From a virus, in the IMG/VR virus record IMGVR_UViG_3300045988_084041, positions 1 to 40,374 of that record: a stretch of 40,374 nt of DNA. The stretch is one strand, 5' to 3'. Shown here piece after piece: positions 33,102 through 40,374 of the stretch. The position numbers were made by a program, and so were the translations under genes. Numbering within the stretch: the stretch's first letter is position 1; each line of letters begins with the position of its first letter. The notes beneath the pieces were generated by a model that was not told where the DNA came from, made no database searches, and saw only the letters and a list, made by a program, of their open reading frames with translations.

Positions 33102-34469
33102 TTATACACCGTATTTTTCTTTCAAACTTTCAAGCAATTCGTCTTGTACCTCGCGTTTACCCTGCAAACTGTCGAGAACACGTTTATCGACTGTTCCGTC
33201 GGTCACAAGGTGATGGATTATAACAGAGTTTTTCTGTCCCTGTCTATACAATCTTGCATTTGCCTGCTGATACAGTTCCAAGCTCCACGTCAGACCGAAC
33301 CAAACTATTATATTACCGCCTGTTTGAAGATTGAGTCCATGTCCCGCACCTGCGGGGTGAGCCAGTAAAAGCGGAATTTTTCCGTCATTCCAATCCTTTA
33401 TATCATCTGCACTTTCAAGCTTTTTTGCACCCTTGAACTTTCTAAGTATTCTCTCGCAGTCGTGGCGATAGCTGTAAAAGCACAAAATCGGCTGACCTTG
33501 TGAGGTATCGACTATTTCCGCCAACGTCTCAAGTTTTTTATCGCTCGTCACCTTATAACTTCCGTCGTCCAAATACATTGCACCGTTTGAAAACTGCAAA
33601 AGTTTATTTGTAAGTGCGGCGGCAGTGGCGGCGGTAACTTGACCGTTTATAAACTCCAAATACTGTTCCTTTTCAAATTCTTCGTACAGTTTCAGCTCCT
33701 TATCTGACAGCTTTATATGCTGAACGGTATCAATCCTTTCAGGCATTTCAAGCCAATCCTCTGCCGACATACTGACGCATATATCCGAAATTTTATCATA
33801 TATCGCCTTTTCGGACTCCTCTTTCGGCTTGTAACTGAAAATCGTGGTCTGATTACGTTTATCGGGAAGAAAATATCTTTCTCTGTAACCGCTTACCGTT
33901 CTGCCGAGCCTTTCGCCGCTGTCAAGCAAATATATCTGACTCCATAAATCAATAAGTCCGTTCGGTGCAGGTGTGCCTGTAAGTCCGACTACTCTTTTAG
34001 ACAGTGTTATGTATTTTTTCAGTGCCTTAAATCTCTGCGACTTTGAACTCTTAAAGCTCGACAGCTCATCAATAACCACCATATCAAAGTCCCACGCATT
34101 GCCTATGCTCGATAATTCGTTTGTGAGCCACGCAACATTTTCACGATTTATAATATAAATATCTGCGTCCTTTAAAAGTGCGTTACGTCTTTGGCTCGGA
34201 GTGCCGAGAATTTTCGATATTCTCAAATGCCTTAAATGGTCCCACTTCTCGCACTCTCTGCTCCAAGTATCTTCTGCAACCCTCAGCGGTGCTATGACAA
34301 GCACTTTTTCGATTTCGTAACAGTTATAAATCAATTCGTCAATCGCCGTAAGCGTTACAACCGTTTTACCAAGTCCCATATCAAGGAACAATCCGACACG
34401 CGGTGTAGAAATAATTTTATCCAACGCAATCTGCTGATACCTATGCGGTTTAAAATTCAAAATTCTCAC
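33102..34469 (-). CDS. SNF2-family DEAD/H helicase
   Basis: Motif I DMGLGKTV, motif II VIDELSSF, motif III GLTGTPAPNG, motif V-VI HPAGAGHGLNLQ...QQANARLYRQGQ. An alternative TTG start lies at 34460. Confidence 0.85.
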   Translation of the reverse strand: MRILNFKPHRYQQIALDKIISTPRVGLFLDMGLGKTVVTLTAIDELIYNCYEIEKVLVIAPLRVAEDTWSRECEKWDHLRHLRISKILGTPSQRRNALLKDADIYIINRENVAWLTNELSSIGNAWDFDMVVIDELSSFKSSKSQRFKALKKYITLSKRVVGLTGTPAPNGLIDLWSQIYLLDSGERLGRTVSGYRERYFLPDKRNQTTIFSYKPKEESEKAIYDKISDICVSMSAEDWLEMPERIDTVQHIKLSDKELKLYEEFEKEQYLEFINGQVTAATAAALTNKLLQFSNGAMYLDDGSYKVTSDKKLETLAEIVDTSQGQPILCFYSYRHDCERILRKFKGAKKLESADDIKDWNDGKIPLLLAHPAGAGHGLNLQTGGNIIVWFGLTWSLELYQQANARLYRQGQKNSVIIHHLVTDGTVDKRVLDSLQGKREVQDELLESLKEKYGV

Positions 34470-34734
34470 CCCTTAACAATTTATCAACTTTATCCTTTGT
34501 ATCAATCACATAAACGTGAAACCCGAGTTTTTCAAAAAGTCGGTGTACGGCGGTTTGTAATTTTCTCGGCTTTCCGTTCGGGCGTTTAAGTTCTGCGAAG
34601 TATATCGTACCTTTCGGAATCATAACAATCCTATCCGGTACGCCTGCCATACTCGGCGACACGAATTTCAGTGCCAAACCTCCCATTTGCTTAACCTGTC
34701 TTACTAAATATTTTTCAATGTCCTTTTCTATCAT
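34450..34734 (-). CDS. VRR-NUC domain nuclease
   Basis: GVPDRIV...YFAELKRPNG gives the PD...ExK arrangement. Size is 94 aa and the gene is adjacent to the SNF2 helicase. Confidence 0.75.
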   Translation of the reverse strand: MIEKDIEKYLVRQVKQMGGLALKFVSPSMAGVPDRIVMIPKGTIYFAELKRPNGKPRKLQTAVHRLFEKLGFHVYVIDTKDKVDKLLRGENFEF

Positions 34735-34756
34735 TTTTCCACCTGTTCTTTCTGCG

Positions 34757-34991
34757 ATAACTTTAAAACCGTTTTGCCTATACTTATACGCGTATATGTG
34801 CGTTATGCGTGCGTGTTTCTCTTTGTACTGTATATATGTATATAATATATAGAATTAAAGTTACTAAAGTTATATATGCCCTAAGCTATTGATTTTACTG
34901 ATTTTTCGGGATAACTTTCAAAAGTTATACAAAGTTATAAAAGTTACCCCGAATGTTACTCATTTGGGTCTAAGTTACCTATGAAAGTTAT
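34757..34991. repeat. Iteron array AAAGTTAY (about 9 copies, both orientations) plus an AT-rich stretch; candidate replication origin
   Basis: Copies at 34757-64 (inverted), 34857-64, 34866-73, 34911-18 (inverted), 34921-28, 34931-38, 34940-47, 34972-78 and 34984-91. A partial GTTAC lies at 34955-59. TATATATGTATATAATATATAG lies at 34831-34852. Confidence 0.6.
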
Positions 34992-37377
34992 GCTCTTTTT
35001 TAAAGCCTTTTTGCACTCCGTAATCCTTATTAAAACGCATTGCCTTATCGTATTTTTCCCAATCGTCAAACGATGAAATGATACTGTTAATTTCTATCGA
35101 ATCCCTACGTTGAATTTGCCTAAAATCGCCGTTAAAGAGTTCGCACCATATTTCAAGCGCACACACTCTGTCACGTTCGACAAGTTCTTCTTCCGGCACA
35201 CTCACAATCTCCGACCAATAATCACGACGCTTTGATAAGTCCCAACTATTCCAATCCGACGGAACACGTTTATCAAGGAAGTCACGGATAAGTCCCTCTT
35301 TAACCGACACTTCCCTATGATCTGACTGCACTTGTTTCGCAAGCTGTTCCGTTTCCTTTGACAAATAAAGCGGTTCATTCTGCGTATAACGCACTTTTGC
35401 CTCCGCCCAAATCTGATTAATTTCCTCATCGGTCAAATCGGTAAACACGCTCTTTTTTATCGGCACAATCTCCGTATCAACAGGCCAAAATCTTCTGTTA
35501 CCGGTACGGTCACGAAGATAATCGCTGTTATTGCTCGTACCGAAAAATACACATCTTCGCGGGTGTTCCTGTACAATTCTGCCGTATGCCGCGCGGTATC
35601 TGTCCGACGTCTGCGACAGTATCTGCTTAACACTGCCGACTTCCGACTTATTAAGTGCCTCAAGTTCGCTTATCTCTACAATCCATTTACCCTGTATAAC
35701 CTCGCACAATTCCTTACCCTCGAACGTCTTTATGCCGTCCGTAAACCACCTGTCAAAGCCGACTTTGCGAAGTATCGTACTCTTGCCTATGCCCTGTCTG
35801 CCCGACAGAATAAGCATATTATCGAATTTACTTCCCGGCTCATACGCTCTTGCGACCGCTCCGACGAACATTTTACGCGTCACTTCTCTTGTATATTCGT
35901 TATCCGCCGCACCGAGATAATCGACAAACAATGTGTCAAGTCGTTCCGTATTATCCCACGCAAGACCGTCCAAATATTCAACAATCGGATCATACGCAAC
36001 ACGTCTGTAAAACACCGACAACGCACGGAAAACCTTATCATTACCCATTTTAATGCCGTACACATATTCAAGATACCACTGCAATCCGTCCGTATCGGAA
36101 TCCTGCCAAACACGTTTTTCAGGTGCGTCCTTATCCCAAGGCATAATGCCGTCAATCTCCGCATATCCCGTAAAATCGTTCATTTTGATTTTACCTTTTA
36201 AATGCGAATCATTCTCAATTATAAGAATAATATTATTAAGAGTTTTTTCGTAAGCGCCTGTATTTTCGTTTTTCTCCAACTTTAACGCCCACTGCATATC
36301 GTCCGTTTCTTCGTTTTCGATACCGCCGAAATCTTCTGCCGCTTTCTTTTGACGTTCCTTAAACATAAGCATTGAAACATCACTGTCACCGTCTATAAGC
36401 TTGCACATTGCCGAATATGACGGCAGTTTCGATACAGGTGTACCGTCCTTTGCGTCTGAATCCGTATCGCCGAATTTATGAATACGAACAAGGTCAAAAC
36501 TGTTGCACAGCTTACCGCTTGCAGGGTCTGTTGCGTGGTTTGAATACGCAAATTTGCCGTTCTCATACACTACAAGTCCGCTTGAACTTGATCCGTCCTT
36601 GTATGTGTATCTGTCGCCTACGGCACACTTTTCGTACACGTCCGAAAGGTATTTTTCTATGCACGAATGTATATCGTACGTTCTGCAAAACGCACCGATA
36701 ACGCCTTTTTTAAGCGTTGGGTCCTCTTGTTTTTTTACCTGTCTGTCCAACGCCTTTGTTGTTCTTGACGAAACGTACCAACTCGATACGTCGTGCCAAT
36801 CTTCATATTTTGCAAGCACCTTGTCAACGTCAAGCGGTTTATTTTCCTCGTGTTCAAACACATACTCGCCATCAATGCTCGTACTCGGCCAATACATTAA
36901 ACGGTGCGGCTGATACGTTGTGTCGTCAAACATATCTATACCAATATCATACGCCACCATTCTCGCAACAGCTTCGTATTCATCGGGCGTACAAGGTCTT
37001 GACAGAAGTATCACCAAACGAAATCTCGGCTTTTCGGCTGTGTGCTTGTGCGTTGAGTAAATGCAGTATGTAAAATCGTAAAACATTGAAATATTATCGC
37101 AAAAATCACTGTCGGCAAAGTCTGCGTCAAGCGTAAGCAAAATTCTGTTTTCGATACTTCCCGACTGTCGCTTGCCGTTTTTCACCTTACCGCCCACAAA
37201 ACCGCCGACGTCCTTTATATCATCCTGTTGTGACTTCGGCATATTTGCAAATTCACCTTGCGTTTCGCTCGTCCTTGTTGTCGTTTTCAGCCTTTCGACA
37301 AAATCTCCCCACGACATTTTTGTATTTTTCCATAGTTTTGATTTTCTGTTTTGTCCCGTAGCAATTACTAAATCCAA
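34975..37377 (-). CDS. Bifunctional primase-polymerase / VirE (D5-like) helicase
   Basis: An 800-aa ORF with TTG start (GGGGGTG RBS). Walker A LSGRQGIGKST, Walker B-like WIVEISEL. The C-terminal half is VirE-like. Confidence 0.8.
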   Translation of the reverse strand: MDLVIATGQNRKSKLWKNTKMSWGDFVERLKTTTRTSETQGEFANMPKSQQDDIKDVGGFVGGKVKNGKRQSGSIENRILLTLDADFADSDFCDNISMFYDFTYCIYSTHKHTAEKPRFRLVILLSRPCTPDEYEAVARMVAYDIGIDMFDDTTYQPHRLMYWPSTSIDGEYVFEHEENKPLDVDKVLAKYEDWHDVSSWYVSSRTTKALDRQVKKQEDPTLKKGVIGAFCRTYDIHSCIEKYLSDVYEKCAVGDRYTYKDGSSSSGLVVYENGKFAYSNHATDPASGKLCNSFDLVRIHKFGDTDSDAKDGTPVSKLPSYSAMCKLIDGDSDVSMLMFKERQKKAAEDFGGIENEETDDMQWALKLEKNENTGAYEKTLNNIILIIENDSHLKGKIKMNDFTGYAEIDGIMPWDKDAPEKRVWQDSDTDGLQWYLEYVYGIKMGNDKVFRALSVFYRRVAYDPIVEYLDGLAWDNTERLDTLFVDYLGAADNEYTREVTRKMFVGAVARAYEPGSKFDNMLILSGRQGIGKSTILRKVGFDRWFTDGIKTFEGKELCEVIQGKWIVEISELEALNKSEVGSVKQILSQTSDRYRAAYGRIVQEHPRRCVFFGTSNNSDYLRDRTGNRRFWPVDTEIVPIKKSVFTDLTDEEINQIWAEAKVRYTQNEPLYLSKETEQLAKQVQSDHREVSVKEGLIRDFLDKRVPSDWNSWDLSKRRDYWSEIVSVPEEELVERDRVCALEIWCELFNGDFRQIQRRDSIEINSIISSFDDWEKYDKAMRFNKDYGVQKGFKKEHNFHR

Positions 37378-37390
37378 TTTATAACACCCC

Positions 37391-39340
37391 CTAATCTTTC
37401 ATATAAAAATTACATTCGTATCCGTCCGCATTAAGCGGAAGTCCTTTCGCCCATTCAATCGGCTCACACATTATTGCCGCCAACTCCTCTGCACTCGACA
37501 CGCCTTTCGGAACGTCAACTATAACCTCATCGTGAACGTGGAAATTAATCTTAAAACCTCTGTCCTCAAGCCGAATTATGCTTTCAGCCAAGCAATCCCT
37601 CGCAAACGCCTGTACTATGTTTTCAACAAGCTTACCGCCCCATGTTTCAAGTCTGCTCCAAGTTTTTGTTGTCTGATTCATACCCATATATGTAACGGCT
37701 TTTTTTCCAAATCTGTTTACTTCGATTTTCGGTTTAACGTAAGCGATTTTTCTTCCCGACGGCAGACCGATAAAAAGAATATTCGACTGTTTGTAAAAAG
37801 AAATATCGTGTCTAATCTTGCTCGGATAACCCTCAACCGCCTTAATCGCCGCATTCTCGACCGTTCGCCAAAATGCCGTTATGGCGGGATTTGAACTCCG
37901 CCACTTATCCACGATACCTTGAAGTTCTTCTTCGTCAATACCCATTTTCAAAGCACCCATACTCACCATAGCTCCGACACTTCCGCCGTAACCGAGTGCA
38001 AGTTCGGCAATCTTGCCTTTTTGACGTAGCGGATCGCCTTTGTGAATACTTTCAATCGGAACATGGAACATCTGACTTGCCGATGCCTCGTATATTTTTC
38101 CGTGAGTTTTAAATACTTCAAGTCGCCACTGCTCGCCTGCAAGATATGCAATAACTCTTGCCTCAATCGCCGAAAAGTCCGCTACTATAAATCGCCTGTC
38201 CTCACTCGGTACAAGTGCTGTTCGTATAAGCTCCGACAGCGTTTGCGGAACGTTCTCATAGAGCATTTCAAACAGTTCAAAATCGCCGTTTTCCACACAT
38301 TCTCTTGCGTAATCAATATCTTTCAAATGATTTTGAGGTAAGTTCTGCACCTGTACAATTCTCCCCGCCCAACGTCCTGTACGGTTTGCGCCGTAAAACT
38401 GCAAAAGTCCTCTTATTCGTCCGTCATCGCAGACGCTCCGCTCCATTGCCTCGTACTTTGTTACGGACGTTTTCGCCATCATTGAACGCAGATATAGCAC
38501 TCTTTTCGCCTTTAACGATATGCTTTCATCGGCTATAAGTTCCTTTAATTTTTCCTTGTTTAAGCTGTCGATTTTCTGCCCTGTTTCTTCTTCAAGCCAC
38601 GCCTTTAGTTGCACAACTGATTTCGGATTTTCAAGTCCCGTTATTTTTTGTGCCTCATCATAGCACCTGTCGCTGTATTCCGTATTGAATTTGATTGCAT
38701 TTTCAACAAAGTTTCGGTCAACTCTTACACCTCTGTCGTTAATTCGTTGGTCATACGTCCACAGTTTTTGTTCACTGTCGCATATCGGAAATTGGGCGAG
38801 TTTCTTTTTTATCGCACGTTCCACTTCAACGTCCTGTATGCAGTATTCTTTGAATACCTCCCACTTGTCGGGTGCGTGCGTTGGTAAATTCCTTGTACGT
38901 CCGCCGTTCGTCTTTGTAGGCTTACACGGTTTTGAGAAGTAATCAATCAATGCTTTTCCGCGTTTGTCCTTTTGCTCCTCCAAACCGAGTGCAACCGCTA
39001 CTGCCGAAAGTGAAAGCGGAAGTCCGAGTTCAGACGCTTGTACCGCACTGCACCGCCACTGATTTACGGGCAAATTAATATTAAAATACTTACCGATACA
39101 CGTTCTTTCAAAGTTTGCATTATACGCCGTTTTCAACATATCCTCGTCCGTCAATGCGTCCATTACTTCTTTCGGCAACGCCTCACCTTGTGCAAGGTCA
39201 ATTATTTTTACTTCTTCATCATCAAACGCATACGCAAATAACAGGATTTTAAAATCGGGGGCATTCGCATAAGCATATACCCCCGATTTAATTAAATCAA
39301 CACTTCCGTATGTTTCAATGTCGATACTGAGTGATTTCAT
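37391..39340 (-). CDS. Family A DNA polymerase with 3'-5' exonuclease domain
   Basis: ExoI SIDIETYG, motif A VADFSAIEARV, motif B RQKGKIAELALGYGG, motif C HVHDEV. Confidence 0.9.
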   Translation of the reverse strand: MKSLSIDIETYGSVDLIKSGVYAYANAPDFKILLFAYAFDDEEVKIIDLAQGEALPKEVMDALTDEDMLKTAYNANFERTCIGKYFNINLPVNQWRCSAVQASELGLPLSLSAVAVALGLEEQKDKRGKALIDYFSKPCKPTKTNGGRTRNLPTHAPDKWEVFKEYCIQDVEVERAIKKKLAQFPICDSEQKLWTYDQRINDRGVRVDRNFVENAIKFNTEYSDRCYDEAQKITGLENPKSVVQLKAWLEEETGQKIDSLNKEKLKELIADESISLKAKRVLYLRSMMAKTSVTKYEAMERSVCDDGRIRGLLQFYGANRTGRWAGRIVQVQNLPQNHLKDIDYARECVENGDFELFEMLYENVPQTLSELIRTALVPSEDRRFIVADFSAIEARVIAYLAGEQWRLEVFKTHGKIYEASASQMFHVPIESIHKGDPLRQKGKIAELALGYGGSVGAMVSMGALKMGIDEEELQGIVDKWRSSNPAITAFWRTVENAAIKAVEGYPSKIRHDISFYKQSNILFIGLPSGRKIAYVKPKIEVNRFGKKAVTYMGMNQTTKTWSRLETWGGKLVENIVQAFARDCLAESIIRLEDRGFKINFHVHDEVIVDVPKGVSSAEELAAIMCEPIEWAKGLPLNADGYECNFYMKD

Positions 39341-39351
39341 TTTGTCACCTT

Positions 39352-39897
39352 TTAATTAAGAAAATCGTCGTCATCGTCATACAGTCCCGCAAAGTCATCC
39401 TCCGCAGTGTTTCGTCCGCCTAAAGGCTCTCCGTCCCTTGTTTTCATCAAATTATTAAGACCGCACGCAATACCTTTATTGCCGTTGGAGTTAAAGGCGT
39501 AAAACGAAATTGACGCATGACCGTAACAACCGCTGTAAAATTCCGTCTTGTCGATTATCGGCTGACGTGACTTGTCCACAATACCCGGTGCGGTTTTGCA
39601 GTTTGCGTTGACAAAATAGCTGTTTGCATAGTTTTCGTCGTCCTCTCTGTCAGTATCACCGTCACGCAACGGCAACTTTAAATTTGCGGGAATTTTACCG
39701 CCGAACTTCGCAATGCCCTCTTGCTTTGCCGCCTCGATTGCGTTGTTTATTGCCTTGATTGTCTTTGTGTCGCTTTTCGGAATGATGATACTTACCGAAT
39801 ACTTTTCGTCACCACCGTTGATTGATGACGGCTCCCAAACGTGTGCATAACTGAATCTTACTTCTCCTGTGATTACCTGTGTCTTTCTTTTTTCCAT
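39352..39897 (-). CDS. DUF2815-type ssDNA-binding protein
   Basis: The N-terminus VITGEVRFSYAHVWEP and an acidic C-terminal tail (DDDDDFLN) typical of SSBs. It lies in the conserved DUF2800-DUF2815-PolA gene order. Confidence 0.7.
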   Translation of the reverse strand: MEKRKTQVITGEVRFSYAHVWEPSSINGGDEKYSVSIIIPKSDTKTIKAINNAIEAAKQEGIAKFGGKIPANLKLPLRDGDTDREDDENYANSYFVNANCKTAPGIVDKSRQPIIDKTEFYSGCYGHASISFYAFNSNGNKGIACGLNNLMKTRDGEPLGGRNTAEDDFAGLYDDDDDFLN

Positions 39898-39912
39898 TGT
39901 TTTTGTTCTCCT

Positions 39913-40374
39913 TTACTTTATATCTTTAAAATCTTCTGCCGCTTTCTCTGCCGAGTTCCATTCGGGACGTTTGTCCTCCGAACGCACAAGCGTCGGCTTT
40001 CCCTGCGGTTTTATTACATATTCTCCGAGCAGTTCGTTAAATCTTGCTCTGCCTAAAAGTGCCTCTATTTTCGTGATGTTGAGTATTTCCTTTTTGTAAA
40101 TACTCTTTTCATCATAGCCGGCTTTAATTAATACATCGGCGATTTTGCTGTCGTCCTCCGCATATTTGCGGTTACTTCTTCCCTCAACCACTTTAAATCC
40201 CGGATACTTAACGCCGTTATTAAGTGCCTGTTCCAAAGCATAGTCCTTTACGAGTTTCGACCACTTCGCAAGGTTTTCCGCTTGGTCTATTACCTCCGCA
40301 ATTTCATCTTCGGTAAGTTCCAAAGGCGGTTTGAAAACCATTGCCGCAAGCCTGTTTTTCTCCTCCGCATACGC
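39913..40374 (-). CDS. C-terminal part of the wrap-around Cas4-like DUF2800-type nuclease (continues from 1..757)
   Basis: The track ORF 39913..40341 starts at an internal Met. The frame stays open to the window end and joins 1..757 through the 55-bp overlap. Confidence 0.8.
   Translation of the reverse strand, partial: AYAEEKNRLAAMVFKPPLELTEDEIAEVIDQAENLAKWSKLVKDYALEQALNNGVKYPGFKVVEGRSNRKYAEDDSKIADVLIKAGYDEKSIYKKEILNITKIEALLGRARFNELLGEYVIKPQGKPTLVRSEDKRPEWNSAEKAAEDFKDIK
40320..40374. repeat. Terminal overlap, exact copy of 1..55
   Basis: Same 55-mer as bases 1-55. Confidence 0.95.

Larger units (their letters stand above)
1..40374. mobile_element. Complete temperate tailed-phage (siphovirus-type) genome, circular assembly; unique length 40319 bp
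   Basis: Full set of lysogeny, replication, packaging, head, tail and lysis modules. Exact 55-bp identity between the window ends. One ORF reads in frame through the junction. Confidence 0.85.

Noticed and set aside
35563-36201. Plus-strand 212-aa ORF and neighbours inside the primase/helicase gene
   Set aside because: It is antisense to an ORF with Walker A/B motifs. It has no RBS and is a typical shadow frame.
1-40374. Search by eye for tRNA, rRNA, CRISPR arrays, reverse transcriptase/DGR and transposase/IS ends
   Set aside because: No intergenic region (the longest are about 250 bp) shows a tRNA cloverleaf signature or regularly spaced direct repeats. No RT or transposase motifs appear in any ORF. 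A formal tRNAscan or CRISPR-finder run would still be needed to exclude them.

Overview
The window is one complete, circularly assembled genome of a temperate siphovirus-type tailed phage. The unique length is 40,319 bp: bases 1-55 recur exactly at 40320-40374, and one gene is split across that junction. GGAGG-type RBSs, an XkdX/holin/amidase lysis cassette, a copper-amine-oxidase-N-like stalk domain and a backbone of roughly 40-50% GC (hand counts on sample lines) suggest a low-GC Gram-positive host, probably Clostridia-class (inference).

Nearly all genes are on the minus strand, in this order:
- Early genes: cro-like HTH, Bro-N/KilAC antirepressor, then a run of small early genes.
- Replication module: Cas4-like DUF2800-type nuclease, DUF2815-type ssDNA-binding protein, family A DNA polymerase, primase/VirE-type helicase, VRR-NUC and SNF2 helicase.
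- A sigma-r4-like late regulator.
- Head genes: TerS/TerL, portal, MuF, scaffold, HK97-fold capsid and connectors.
- Tail genes: major tail protein, G/GT chaperone with a canonical -1 slippery heptamer, an 1800-aa tape measure, Dit, Tal and a beta-helix tail fibre.
- Lysis genes: XkdX, holin and amidase.

The plus strand carries the lysogeny cassette: XRE repressor, ImmA/IrrE protease, an unknown gene and a large serine integrase. A divergent promoter/operator switch lies at 3462-3578.

Four strongly AT-rich, self-contained insertions sit on this backbone:
1. A two-gene cassette at 30890-32480 (320-aa soluble protein plus 207-aa four-TM protein) between the late regulator and terS. This is my best candidate for an undescribed phage-borne defence or abortive-infection pair.
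2. A STAS-like + GHKL-ATPase-like gene at 7041-7928, between the lysis genes and the integrase.
3. A secreted or lipoprotein gene with its own promoter inside the tail cluster (12655-13209).
4. An opposite-strand Cys-rich 63-aa gene bracketed by terminators (25733-25924).

Other notable points are an AT-rich C-terminal extension on MuF with a small overlapping downstream gene (polymorphic toxin/immunity-like layout), an early acidic protein with DDxACxD heptad repeats, an AAAGTTAY iteron array (candidate origin) and two candidate attP palindromes flanking the integrase. No tRNA, rRNA or CRISPR array was seen.

All family assignments come from motif recognition by eye. No database search was run.
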